Below are positions 37,442-46,751 of a stretch of DNA of 64,000 bases, in pieces. Within the stretch, counting starts at the first letter, position 1, and the number at the start of each line of letters is the position of its first letter. The DNA comes from Marmoricola sp. GTDB taxonomy: Bacteria > Actinomycetota > Actinomycetes > Propionibacteriales > Nocardioidaceae. The DNA is taken from contig JBQCHZ010000015.1 of the NCBI GenBank assembly GCA_051954195.1, forward strand, positions 18,357-82,356. The letters run 5' to 3'. The notes under the pieces are model-generated. The model was not told where the DNA came from and searched no databases. It saw only the letters and a program-made list of their open reading frames with translations. The translations under genes and the position numbers were made by a program.

Positions 37442-38632
37442 CTATGCAACCGCATCGACGCGCCGCCGGGGCAGGGCGGGGACGGCAGCCAGCGTGACGG
37501 CGGCGAGGACCACGAAGGCCGCCACGGGGGCATCGACCATCGCGCCGGCCAGGCCGGTGACGACGAGCGCGCCGAGCTGTCCGGCCAGCCACACCAGTCC
37601 GGCCGCCGCGCCCGCGTTGTCCGCGGCGGAGCGCTCGCTGATCTCCAGCACGATCGGCAGGGCCGGCAGCAGCAGCGCGCCCACGCCGACGAAGCACACG
37701 AGTCCCAGGCCGAAGGACGGTGCGAGGGCGAGCGCCGCGCACGCCGTCACGGTGACCGCGATGCCCAGGACCATCGCGAGCCGCTCGGTGTGCCGGTCCG
37801 CGGCCCACACCGGGATCACCGCGCAGCCGATCACGCCGGCGGTCACGTTGAGCAGCAGCAGGATCCCGGCCTGGTCGCTGCTCACGCCGGCAGGCTCGAG
37901 CAACGGCTGGGCCCAGGTGGTCAGCGCGGTGAAGGTGCCGAACGGCACCGGCACGAGCAGGCACATCCGGCGCACCACGGGGTTGCGCCACGCGGCCCCG
38001 AACGCCGACATCCCGCCTGCGGGCGCCACCGCGACGGGTGCCGGCGCCCCGTGCAGCGCCGCGACGAGCAGCAGCGCCGCGGCGACCGCCACGACCGCGT
38101 CGAGTCGCAGCACCGCGGTGAGGGAGAGGACGGTCGCGAGCACGAACGCCACGATCATGCCTGCGAACGTCCCGGCCGAGGCGAGGGCGATGCCCTTCGG
38201 GCGGTCCCGCTCGGCGAGATAGCGGGCGGCGACCGGCGAGATCGCGGTGAGCACCAGCGGCTGGGCGATGCCGACCAGGCACTGGCCGGCCATCCCGGCG
38301 GTGTAGTCGTCGGCCACCAGCCGCACGCACGCCCCGGCCGCGGTGAGCACCGCACCGAGCAGCAGCGTGGGTCGCAGCCACCGGTCCAGCGCCAGGCCGG
38401 CCGGGAGCGCCAGCACGACGTACCAGAGCGGGAAGACGTTGGCGAGCCAGCCGATCGCCGTCTCCGAGACGCCGTACCGGCGTGCGGCGTCGCTGGTCAC
38501 CGGTGCGTAGGTCAGCCACAGCAGCTGGGTGACCGCGCCGACGAGGGCGAAGCACACGACCACCCGCCACGCCGCACGGCGGGTGCGGACGGTGTCGGTG
38601 CGCTGCACCCGCCCGGCTTGACGATTCGCCAT
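37442..38632 (-). CDS. MFS transporter
   Basis: C-terminal half of track ORF 37442..39934; ~12 hydrophobic segments, LALPAGLALDRW loop, GIAQPLVL, RYLAERDRPKG. Confidence 0.85.
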   Translation of the reverse strand: MANRQAGRVQRTDTVRTRRAAWRVVVCFALVGAVTQLLWLTYAPVTSDAARRYGVSETAIGWLANVFPLWYVVLALPAGLALDRWLRPTLLLGAVLTAAGACVRLVADDYTAGMAGQCLVGIAQPLVLTAISPVAARYLAERDRPKGIALASAGTFAGMIVAFVLATVLSLTAVLRLDAVVAVAAALLLVAALHGAPAPVAVAPAGGMSAFGAAWRNPVVRRMCLLVPVPFGTFTALTTWAQPLLEPAGVSSDQAGILLLLNVTAGVIGCAVIPVWAADRHTERLAMVLGIAVTVTACAALALAPSFGLGLVCFVGVGALLLPALPIVLEISERSAADNAGAAAGLVWLAGQLGALVVTGLAGAMVDAPVAAFVVLAAVTLAAVPALPRRRVDAVA

Positions 38633-38680
38633 GACGAGAGGAAACACCACAGCCGGTCGTGCGCGTGCGAGGATCGACGC

Positions 38681-39955
38681 ATGTGGCGCAACTGGGCCGG
38701 TGACCAGAGCTGCACCCCGGCACGACGGGTCGCTCCGACGTCGGTGGACCAGGTCGCCGCAGAGGTACGACGCGCAGCGGACGCCGGTGAGGTCGTCCGC
38801 GTGGTCGGCGCCGGTCACGCCTTCGGCGACAACGTGCTGACCGACGGCACCCTGATGACGCTGGACGGCCTCTCCGGGCTGCACAGCCTCGACCCGGGCA
38901 CCGGACGGGCGCGGATCGCGGCCGGCACCCGGCTCCACGAGGTGAACGCGCTGCTCGACGCCCACGGGCGGGCACTGGCGAACCTCGGCGACATCAACGT
39001 GCAGAGCGCGGCCGGGGCGATCTCGACCGGCACCCACGGGACCGGCGCCCGGCTCGGCAACATGGCCACGTTCGTGGAGTCCCTGGAGCTGGTGACCGCC
39101 GACGGCTCCGTGCTCGAGCTGACCGGTGAGGACCTGCGCGCCGCCCGGATCAGCGTCGGCGCGCTCGGCGTGGTCACGGCGTACACGCTGGCGACCGTGC
39201 CGGCGTTCCACTTGCACGAGCGGCGCGAACGGATGCCGTTGGACCGCGTCCTCGGCGACTTCGACGAGCTGGCGACGGGCAGCGACCACTTCGAGTTCTT
39301 CGTCTTCCCGCACGCGCGGCACGCGATCACCAAGCAGCTCACCCGCACCGAGGAGCCGGTGCGGGCCGGCAGCGAGCGCCGCGCCTACCTCGAGGAGGAC
39401 CTCCTCGAGAACACCGTGCTGGACCGGATCAGCCGCGTGGGCCGCCGCTTCCCCGGCCGGATCCCGGCGCTCAACCGGCTGGTGACCCGGCTCGCGTCGC
39501 CCTCGGACAAGGTCAACGTCAGCCACAAGGTGTTCTCCAGCCCGCGCCGGGTGCGGTTCACCGAGACCGAGTGGGCGTTCCCGCGGGAGGTGGCCACCGA
39601 GGTGCTGACCACGATGCTGGGCATCATCGAGCGCCGCTTCGAGGTGAACTTCCCGATCGAGGTCCGCGTGGTGGCCGCCGACACGGCGTCGATGCTCAGC
39701 CCGTCGTACGGCCGCGACACGGCGTACCTGGCCTTCCACGCCTACGAGGGCATGGCCTGGGAGGAGTTCTTCGGGGTCGTCGAGGCGGTCGCGGCCGATC
39801 ACGACGGGCGACCGCACTGGGGCAAGCGGCACACCCTCGACGCCGCCCGGCTGAGCGCGCTCTACCCCGAGTGGGAGGGCTTCCAGACGTTGCGCAAGCG
39901 CCTGGATCCCGACGGGGTCTTCGCGAACGCCCACGTGCGCAGGATCTTCGGGTGA
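38681..39955 (+). CDS. FAD-linked D-arabinono-1,4-lactone / L-gulonolactone oxidase family protein
   Basis: MWRNWAG, VRVVGAGHAF, GAISTGTHGTG, SVGALGVV, FTETEW, NFPIEVR, GRPHWGK. Confidence 0.9.
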   Translation: MWRNWAGDQSCTPARRVAPTSVDQVAAEVRRAADAGEVVRVVGAGHAFGDNVLTDGTLMTLDGLSGLHSLDPGTGRARIAAGTRLHEVNALLDAHGRALANLGDINVQSAAGAISTGTHGTGARLGNMATFVESLELVTADGSVLELTGEDLRAARISVGALGVVTAYTLATVPAFHLHERRERMPLDRVLGDFDELATGSDHFEFFVFPHARHAITKQLTRTEEPVRAGSERRAYLEEDLLENTVLDRISRVGRRFPGRIPALNRLVTRLASPSDKVNVSHKVFSSPRRVRFTETEWAFPREVATEVLTTMLGIIERRFEVNFPIEVRVVAADTASMLSPSYGRDTAYLAFHAYEGMAWEEFFGVVEAVAADHDGRPHWGKRHTLDAARLSALYPEWEGFQTLRKRLDPDGVFANAHVRRIFG

Positions 39956-41166
39956 GCGACGCGCCGGACCTCGCGGCGATCGCGCCGGTGCCGCACGACT
40001 TCCCGGCGCTCGCGGCCGCCACCGCCCACCTCGAGCCGCCCTTCGCCGTCGTCGACCTGGGAGCCCTCGCCCGCAACGCCCGGTCCCTGGTGGCCCGAGC
40101 GGCGGGCAAGCCGGTGCGGCTCGCGACGAAGTCGGTGCGCTGCCGGGCGATCAGCGACGCGGTGCTGGCGGTCGACGGGTTCGCGGGCGTGCTGGCGCTG
40201 ACCCTGTCCGAGGCACTGCTGCTCGCCGAGAGCTGCGACGACGTGGTCGTGGGATACCCCAGCGCCGACCGGCAGGCGCTGGCGCGGTTGGGCGGCGACG
40301 AGCGCCTGGCAGCGCGGGTGACCGTCATGGTCGACAGCGTCGAGCAGCTCGACCTGATCACCGGGGCCGTGCCGGTCGCCGGGCCGCCGATCCGGGTCTG
40401 CCTCGATCTCGACGCCTCGCTGCGGCTGGCCGGTGGACGGGTGCACCTGGGCGTGCGGCGCTCGCCGGTGCACTCGGCCGCCGACGCCGCCGCGCTCGCG
40501 CGTGCCGTCGTCGCCCGCAGCCGCTTCCGGCTCGTGGGACTGATGGCCTACGAGGGACAGGTCGCCGGCCTCGGAGACGACGCCGGGTCGCGGCTGCACC
40601 GCGTGCAGGTGCGCGCGATGCAGGCCGCCTCGGTCGCGGAGCTCGCCCGCCGCCGGGCGGCCGCGGTCGCCGCCGTCCGGGAGGTGGCCGACCTGGAGTT
40701 CGTCAACGGCGGCGGCACCGGGAGCATCGAGACCACCGTCGCCGAGGAGGCGGTCACCGAGGTCGCGGCCGGGTCGGGCCTGTACTGCCCGACGCTCTTC
40801 GACGGCTACCGCCGCTTCCGGCCCGCCCCCGCCGCGTTCTTCGTCACCACGGTCGTGCGCCGCCCCACCGACGACATCGCCACCGTGGCGGGCGGTGGGT
40901 GGGTGGCCAGCGGCGTGCCCGGGCCCGACCGGCTGCCGACGCCGGTGTGGCCCCCCGGGCTCCGCATGACCCCCCTGGAGGGCGCCGGTGAGGCCCAGAC
41001 GCCGCTGCGGGGCGGCTCCGGGCTGCGGGTCGGCGACCGGGTGTGGTTCCGGCACGCCAAGGCGGGCGAGCTCTGCGAGCGCGTCGAGGAGCTGCACCTG
41101 GTCGAGGCGGGGGCGGTCGTCGCCGGCGTCCCGACGTACCGCGGCGAGGGGCACGCCTTCCTCTGA
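39952..41166 (+). CDS. PLP-dependent amino acid deaminase/aldolase (alanine racemase fold; Rv1769-like)
   Basis: VRLATKSVR (PLP Lys), GVRRSP, GLMAYEGQVAG, VNGGGTGS, EVAAGSG, EGAGEAQTPL, FRHAKAGELCE; GTGA overlap with the lactone oxidase. Confidence 0.85.
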   Translation: MSDAPDLAAIAPVPHDFPALAAATAHLEPPFAVVDLGALARNARSLVARAAGKPVRLATKSVRCRAISDAVLAVDGFAGVLALTLSEALLLAESCDDVVVGYPSADRQALARLGGDERLAARVTVMVDSVEQLDLITGAVPVAGPPIRVCLDLDASLRLAGGRVHLGVRRSPVHSAADAAALARAVVARSRFRLVGLMAYEGQVAGLGDDAGSRLHRVQVRAMQAASVAELARRRAAAVAAVREVADLEFVNGGGTGSIETTVAEEAVTEVAAGSGLYCPTLFDGYRRFRPAPAAFFVTTVVRRPTDDIATVAGGGWVASGVPGPDRLPTPVWPPGLRMTPLEGAGEAQTPLRGGSGLRVGDRVWFRHAKAGELCERVEELHLVEAGAVVAGVPTYRGEGHAFL

Positions 41167-41221
41167 GCGCCGGGTTGCCCGCGGCCGTCAGGATGGGCAC
41201 ACCGATCCTCGAGGAGCCACG

Positions 41222-41950
41222 ATGACCGCCGACCTGGACTTCTACTTCGACCCCGTCTGCCCGTTCGCCTGGATGACGAGCACCTGGGTGCGGATGGTCG
41301 CCGAGCAGCGCGACTACACCGTGGAGTGGCGGTTCATCTCGCTGCGGCACATCAACGCCCACCTCGACTACGCGACCCACTTCCCGGTCGGCTATGAGGC
41401 GGGGCACACCGCGGGCCTGCGGCTGCTGCGGGTCGCGGCGCGCACCCGCGCCGACCTCGGCCCGGCGGCCGTCGGCACCCTGTACGCCGCGCTGGGCACG
41501 GCCATCTTCGAGCGGGAGCCGGTGCCGTTCCACCCCGAGACCGGTCCCGACCTGCGCGGCACCGCCGACTTCGTGCGCCCCGTGCTGGCGGAGGCCGGCC
41601 TGCCGGCGGACCTCGCCGAGGCGCTGGAGGACCCCTCCTGGGACGACGTCATCCGCCGGGAGAGCGACCAAGCGCTGGCCCTGACCGGCAAGGACGTCGG
41701 CACCCCGATCATCCACGTCGAGCCACCCCACGGCGTCGCGTTCTTCGGCCCCGTGATCAGCCGTCGCCCGAGCCCCGAGCAGGCCGTCGAGCTGTGGGAG
41801 CACGTCCTGGGCCTGGCCCGCTTCGGCGGCTTCGCCGAGCTCAAGCGCAGCCTCCGCGAGGTGCCTCAGCTGCGCGGCCTGGGCGTCGCCCCGGACGAGA
41901 CCGGCACCGTGGAGGACTGGCACGGCGGGAGCCGGCGACAGAAGAGGTGA
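41222..41950 (+). CDS. DsbA-like / mycothiol-dependent reductase Rv2466c family
   Basis: DFYFDPVCPFAWMTSTW, DVGTPII, AFFGPVISR, FAELKR. Confidence 0.85.
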   Translation: MTADLDFYFDPVCPFAWMTSTWVRMVAEQRDYTVEWRFISLRHINAHLDYATHFPVGYEAGHTAGLRLLRVAARTRADLGPAAVGTLYAALGTAIFEREPVPFHPETGPDLRGTADFVRPVLAEAGLPADLAEALEDPSWDDVIRRESDQALALTGKDVGTPIIHVEPPHGVAFFGPVISRRPSPEQAVELWEHVLGLARFGGFAELKRSLREVPQLRGLGVAPDETGTVEDWHGGSRRQKR

Positions 41951-41996
41951 GCCGCGCGCGCTTGCTGCGCGACGCCCGACCCGGCACGCTTCGTCC

Positions 41997-43043
41997 GTGA
42001 TCCCCCCGGCTCCCGCGGTCGCGCTCGTGCCCACCCTCGGTGCCGACGCGCCCGCCTGGGACGACCTGGTCCTCGCCCAGCCCCTCGTCTCGCCCTTCGC
42101 GCGCACCTGGTGGCTCGCCGCGATGGCCTACCACACGACGGACGAGGCCGAGCCGTGCTACCTGCTGGTGCACCAGGCCGACCGCCTCGTCGGCGGCGTC
42201 GCCCTGGTCGAGGACCGGCTCCTGGGCGTTCCGCGGTTCCGCTTCCTCGGCCAGGGCGTCCTCGCTCCCGACCACCTCGACCTGCTCGCTCTGCCCGGGC
42301 ACGAGGACGCCGTCGTCGCAGCGTTCCGGGACTGGTTCGGTCGGGACGGCAGCCGGCTGCTGCACCTCGACGGCGTGGACGAGACGGCGCTGGTGCGGCG
42401 GGCCGTCCCCGGCCGCTCCCGGCCGGGCGAGGCGGCGCCGTACGCGCCACTGCCGGAGACCGGCGACGCCTTCGCCGCCGGGCTCTCCGGCTCCTTCCGC
42501 CGCAGCACCCGCCGGGCGGCGCGGCGGCTGGCCGCCGCGGGCCACGCCTACGGTCGCGTCCCCGACGCCGACGTCGACGCGGCGCTGGCGGCGTTCTGGC
42601 AGCTGCACGAGCGTCGCGGCGATCGCGCGCGGCTGATCAGCCACCGGCACGTCCTCGACGCCGCGGTCCGCGCCGGGGTGGCTCGCGGCGAGTGCCGCGT
42701 CGACGTGCTCGGCAGCGCGACCGCGCCGATCGCGGTCACGATCTCCTTCGAGGTCGCCGGGCGGCTGAGCTTCTACCAGCTCGCCCGCTCGATGCGGGAC
42801 GAGCACGGCGGCGCGGGCACCGTGCTGCTCGTGGCGCTCTTCGAGGACGCGGCCGAGAGCGGGTGCCGCGAGGTGGACCTGCTCCGCGGGGAGGAGTCCT
42901 ACAAGCAGCACTTCAGCACGCTGCAGCGTCCGCTGGCGCAGCTCGAGGCGAGCCACGGTGTACGCGCGCGGATGCTGGCGGCGGCCCGCCACCGGGCGCG
43001 GGCCGCGCGGGAGGCCCGGCTCCGCCGCGCCGACTCAGTGTGA
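41997..43043 (+). CDS. GNAT family acyltransferase (CelD/BcsL-like)
   Basis: C-terminal FYQLAR...GAGTVLL...A...GCREVDLLRGEESYKQHF. Confidence 0.8.
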   Translation: MIPPAPAVALVPTLGADAPAWDDLVLAQPLVSPFARTWWLAAMAYHTTDEAEPCYLLVHQADRLVGGVALVEDRLLGVPRFRFLGQGVLAPDHLDLLALPGHEDAVVAAFRDWFGRDGSRLLHLDGVDETALVRRAVPGRSRPGEAAPYAPLPETGDAFAAGLSGSFRRSTRRAARRLAAAGHAYGRVPDADVDAALAAFWQLHERRGDRARLISHRHVLDAAVRAGVARGECRVDVLGSATAPIAVTISFEVAGRLSFYQLARSMRDEHGGAGTVLLVALFEDAAESGCREVDLLRGEESYKQHFSTLQRPLAQLEASHGVRARMLAAARHRARAAREARLRRADSV

Positions 43044-43904
43044 GCGCGACGGCTCCGCGTCACCGGACCGCCGGCGCAGCGCGGCGTAGCCCCGCATCGC
43101 CGACGCCTTGAGCCGGTCGCGCCCCGGCCGCTCGCCGTACGCCCGGGGGCGGACGCCCCAGCCGCGCAGCCGCTCGTTGAGCACCTGCACCGCGGACTCG
43201 TCCTCGTTGGAGCGCTCGTAGAAGGTGACGGTGAGCGAGAGCGAGGGCAGGTCGCCGTTGGTGATCCAGTGCGGCGTGTACGGCGGGATGTAGGCGCCGA
43301 CGCCGGGACCCAGCTCGACCTCCGTGGTCGGCACCGGCATCGACTCCATCCGGCCGAACGAGGCCTGCGTCCACATCCGGTGGATCTCGCGCTCGCGCTC
43401 CCCCGCGCTGGGGAAGGCCCCGAAGGACAGGGTCCGGTGGCCGCTGAGCTGCATCAGCAGGCTGTGCTCCACGTCGAAGTGCGCGGGGGTGATCGACCCC
43501 GGCGAGCTCGCGAAGACGAAGCCCATCCGCCGCCGCAGGTCCGTGCGGCGCAGCCCGGACCGGTCGGCCAGTCCGTCGAGGATCTCGTCGACCAGCGCAT
43601 GGTACGGCGGGTCCTGCTCGATGTTGAGCAGGGTGAACCAGGAGTCGGTGACCGCCAGGTTGCGGATGCTGTCCGCGATGGTCTCGGTGGCCAGGGTGAG
43701 GAAGGCCGGATCGGTCTCGAGCAGGGGCTTGACCGCCGCCTGGGAGGAGACCGACTCGGTGCCCAGCCGCTCGGCCAGGCCGGCGATCGACTCGGTGCCC
43801 AGCAACGGGTGGTCGGTGAGGTCGTGGTGGTAGGGCGTCGGCGCCCGCTCCGCCACGGCCAGGGCGAAGGAGCGGTCCACGGCGGGGCCCGGTAGCACGG
43901 TCAC
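43035..43904 (-). CDS. JmjC / cupin-like 2OG-Fe(II) oxygenase
   Basis: FASSPGSITPAHFDVEHSLLMQ (HxD) and ELGPGVGAYIPPYTPHWITN (distal His); GTG 43904 after GGAGG. Confidence 0.75.
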   Translation of the reverse strand: MTVLPGPAVDRSFALAVAERAPTPYHHDLTDHPLLGTESIAGLAERLGTESVSSQAAVKPLLETDPAFLTLATETIADSIRNLAVTDSWFTLLNIEQDPPYHALVDEILDGLADRSGLRRTDLRRRMGFVFASSPGSITPAHFDVEHSLLMQLSGHRTLSFGAFPSAGEREREIHRMWTQASFGRMESMPVPTTEVELGPGVGAYIPPYTPHWITNGDLPSLSLTVTFYERSNEDESAVQVLNERLRGWGVRPRAYGERPGRDRLKASAMRGYAALRRRSGDAEPSRSH

Positions 43905-43980
43905 GGTCTTCCTCCACGAGCGACGGCGATTCGTTGCTCCAGTGCGAGGACGCGACCCCGGTGATCCATCCGGATGCCGG

Positions 43981-44277
43981 TCAGTCCCGGCCCACCCGCA
44001 TCTCGACGCCCACCACGTCGTCGAGGTCGCTGCCGGCCTGGCGGCGGATCGCGACCCGCAGCGGCAGGAGGTAGCGGCCGTCCTTCGGGAACAGCGCGGT
44101 GGCGAAGGTGACGTCGCCGATGCGCGCGACCACCGGCACCTGGCCCCAGTACTCCAGCCCCTTCGCGGCGACCTTGACGTCCTCGCTCTCCTCGCCGGGG
44201 ATCGCGACGAAGAAGAAGGGCGCGGGCCCCCGCCACTCGATGACGGGTCCCTCGAAGACGAACGGCCAGCTCCCCAC
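43981..44277 (-). CDS. DUF1905 domain protein
   Basis: FEGPVIEWRGPAPFFFV, YWGQVPVVARIG, FATALFPKDGRYLLPL. Confidence 0.85.
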   Translation of the reverse strand: MGSWPFVFEGPVIEWRGPAPFFFVAIPGEESEDVKVAAKGLEYWGQVPVVARIGDVTFATALFPKDGRYLLPLRVAIRRQAGSDLDDVVGVEMRVGRD

Positions 44278-44283
44278 GACCTG

Positions 44284-44291
44284 AGTATACT
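44284..44291. promoter_or_regulatory. Palindromic bidirectional -10 element (AGTATACT) serving two leaderless divergent genes
   Basis: TATACT on + (44286-44291) is 6 nt before ATG 44298; TATACT on - (44289-44284) is 6 nt before GTG 44277. Confidence 0.75.
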
Positions 44292-44297
44292 GATGGT

Positions 44298-44525
44298 ATG
44301 ACCAGCACGACCATCAAGGTGACGGCGGAGGTCCGTGACCGGCTGAAGGTCCAGGCCGCCCGGGAGCACCGGACGCTCGGCGAGCACCTCGGACACCTCG
44401 CAGACCTCGCCGACCGCGAGCAGCGGTTTGACGCGCTCAGGAACGCCATGGCGACCACTTCCGCGGAGGAGATGTCGTCGTACGCCGAAGAGGTCGCCGC
44501 CTGGGACGACCTCGAGCGCGGTTGA
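44298..44525 (+). CDS. Putative type II antitoxin (ribbon-helix-helix-like)
   Basis: 75 aa; TTIKVTAEVRDRLKVQA beta-alpha-alpha pattern with acidic tail; directly upstream of the toxin. Confidence 0.75.
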   Translation: MTSTTIKVTAEVRDRLKVQAAREHRTLGEHLGHLADLADREQRFDALRNAMATTSAEEMSSYAEEVAAWDDLERG

Positions 44526-44533
44526 TCCCGCGC

Positions 44534-44866
44534 ATGACGGATCTGGCGCCAGGCGACGTCGTGTGGGTGTCGCCCGACGTCACCGTGGGCCGCGAGCAGG
44601 CCGGCCGCCGCCCTGCCGTCATCGTCGCCGGCCGAACGTACCTGGAGGTCGTCGACACGCTCGCCGTCGTCGTTCCGATCACGACCGTGCACCGCGGTTG
44701 GCCCAACCACGTCGCCGTCGGAGCGGCGCTGAAGCAGCCGTCGTGGGCGATGACCGAACAGGTTCGCACCGTGTCGCGCCGCCGGATCACCAGCTACGCC
44801 GGCGCGACCTCTCCCGGGACGCTCGCGGACATCCGACGCTGGATCAGCGACTTCCTCGAGCTCTGA
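44534..44866 (+). CDS. mazF: PemK/MazF family endoribonuclease toxin
   Basis: PGDVVWV...GREQAGRRPAVIV...VVPITT...AMTEQVRTVSRRRI; start ATG 44534 or TTG 44522. Confidence 0.9.
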   Translation: MTDLAPGDVVWVSPDVTVGREQAGRRPAVIVAGRTYLEVVDTLAVVVPITTVHRGWPNHVAVGAALKQPSWAMTEQVRTVSRRRITSYAGATSPGTLADIRRWISDFLEL

Positions 44867-44881
44867 GTCGCCCGGTCCGGC

Positions 44882-45223
44882 TCACCTGCGATGGAGGGCG
44901 ACGGCGGAACGAACGAGGTCGACGAAGGCGTCCTCGTTGATCTCGTCGCTCTCGAAGAGGTCCACCGCGCGGCGGGTGCCGGCATCCATGCTGGCGTTGA
45001 AGATCCCCGTCGGGTCCTCGAGCGAGGCGCCCTTCGCGAAGGTGACCTTCACCTTGTCCTTGTAGGTCTCCACGGTGCAGACCAGCCCGTCGCAGGAGAA
45101 CGTCGGCACGCCGTCGGGATTCGTCGGCTTGCGCCACTTCGCCTCCTCCGACATGCCCGCGTCGGCGCTGAGGATCAGGCCGCGCAGCTGCTCGACGCGC
45201 ACGGTCCGCCAGTCGGTGCTCAT
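44882..45223 (-). CDS. DUF1801 (YdhG-like) protein
   Basis: [44 protein letters not shown]; leaderless TAGCGT 7 nt before the ATG. Confidence 0.85.
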   Translation of the reverse strand: MSTDWRTVRVEQLRGLILSADAGMSEEAKWRKPTNPDGVPTFSCDGLVCTVETYKDKVKVTFAKGASLEDPTGIFNASMDAGTRRAVDLFESDEINEDAFVDLVRSAVALHRR

Positions 45224-45233
45224 GGCCGGCACG

Positions 45234-46748
45234 CTAGCGGAGCTCGCGCTTGAGGATCTTGCCCGTCGGGCCCTTCGGGAGGGTGTCGAGGAGGTTGATC
45301 TCGCGCGGGTACTTGTAGGCCGCGAGCCGCTCGCGGCAGTAGGCGGTGATGTCGTCGGGCGTGGTGGCGGCACCGGGGCGCAGGGCGACGTACGCGACGA
45401 CCTCCTCCCCCAGCCGCTCGTCGGGCTTGCCGACGACGGCCGCCTCGACGACGTCCGGGTGCTCGTAGAGCACCTCCTCGACCTCGCGCGGGTAGACGTT
45501 GTAGCCGCCGCGGATGACCAGGTCCTTGAGCCGGTCGACGATGTAGAGGTAGCCGTCCTCGTCGGCGTAGCCGAGGTCGCCGGTGTGCAGCCACCCGTCT
45601 CGCAGCGCCTCGGCCGTGGCCTCGGGCCGCTTGTAGTAGCCCTTCATCACGTTGTGGCCGCGGATCAGGATCTCGCCGACGTTCTCCATGCCCGGCGGCA
45701 ACTGCCGGCCGTCCTCGCCGACGACCTTGATCTCGACGCCCCAGATCGGCTTGCCGATCGAGAGCACCCGACGCTCCTCGGCGCTGATGTTGAACGTCGC
45801 GGTGCTGGCCGTCTCGGAAAGGCCGTAGCCCTCCAGGATGACCACGCCCTCGTACTTCTCCTCGAAGGCCCGGATCACCTCACCCGGGATGGATGCCCCG
45901 CCCGAGACCGCGGCACGCAGCGAGGACAGGTCCCGCCCGGTGGTGTCGGCTTGGAGCAGCGCGACGTACATGGTCGGCACGCCGGAGAAGATCGTGATCC
46001 GGTGCCGCTCGATCGCCTCGAGCACGTCGCCGGCGTCGAACCGCGGCAGCAGCACCATCGTCCCGCCGTACCGGACGGTGGTGTTGAGCACGCTGGAGAG
46101 CCCGAAGACGTGGAACAGCGGCAGCACGGCCGTCGACACGTCGTCGTCGTTGAAGTCGAACAGCCCGCCGGCGACGGTGCAGTTCATGTAGAGCTCGAAG
46201 TGCGTGAGCTCGGCGCCCTTCGGCTTGCCGGTGGTCCCGCTGGTGTAGAGCAGCACCGCGGTCTCGTCGGAGCCGAGCGCGACGCAGTCGCCGGTGTCAT
46301 CGGCGGCCAGCAGCCGCTCGAACGGCTGCGCACCGGCCGGCGGCTCGGCGCCGGAGACCGAGACCACGTACGTCGGCACGCCGCCCGCATCCGCCGCGCC
46401 CTGCATGGCGGGCTGCGCGAACATCTCGAAGGTGACCAGCAACCGGGCGTCGCTGTCGCTGAGGTGGTAGGCCACCTCGGGGGCGGTGAGCAGCGGGTTC
46501 AGCGGCACCATGACGAGCCCGGCCTTGAGGATGCCGAAGTAGCCGATCAGGAACTGCGGCAGGTTCGGCAGCTGCACCGCCACCTTGTCGCCGCGGCCCA
46601 GCCCCAGCTCGCCCAGCGTCGCGGCGAAGCGACCCGAGAGGTGGTCGATCTCCGCGTAGGTCAGCGAGCGGTCGCCGATGTGCACGAGCGGCTTGTCCGG
46701 CGACGTGCGGGCGGACTCGCGCAGCATCGTGGCGAGGTTGAACGACAT
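45234..46748 (-). CDS. Long-chain fatty acid-CoA ligase
   Basis: [45 protein letters not shown]. Confidence 0.93.
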   Translation of the reverse strand: MSFNLATMLRESARTSPDKPLVHIGDRSLTYAEIDHLSGRFAATLGELGLGRGDKVAVQLPNLPQFLIGYFGILKAGLVMVPLNPLLTAPEVAYHLSDSDARLLVTFEMFAQPAMQGAADAGGVPTYVVSVSGAEPPAGAQPFERLLAADDTGDCVALGSDETAVLLYTSGTTGKPKGAELTHFELYMNCTVAGGLFDFNDDDVSTAVLPLFHVFGLSSVLNTTVRYGGTMVLLPRFDAGDVLEAIERHRITIFSGVPTMYVALLQADTTGRDLSSLRAAVSGGASIPGEVIRAFEEKYEGVVILEGYGLSETASTATFNISAEERRVLSIGKPIWGVEIKVVGEDGRQLPPGMENVGEILIRGHNVMKGYYKRPEATAEALRDGWLHTGDLGYADEDGYLYIVDRLKDLVIRGGYNVYPREVEEVLYEHPDVVEAAVVGKPDERLGEEVVAYVALRPGAATTPDDITAYCRERLAAYKYPREINLLDTLPKGPTGKILKRELR

Positions 46749-46751
46749 GCG

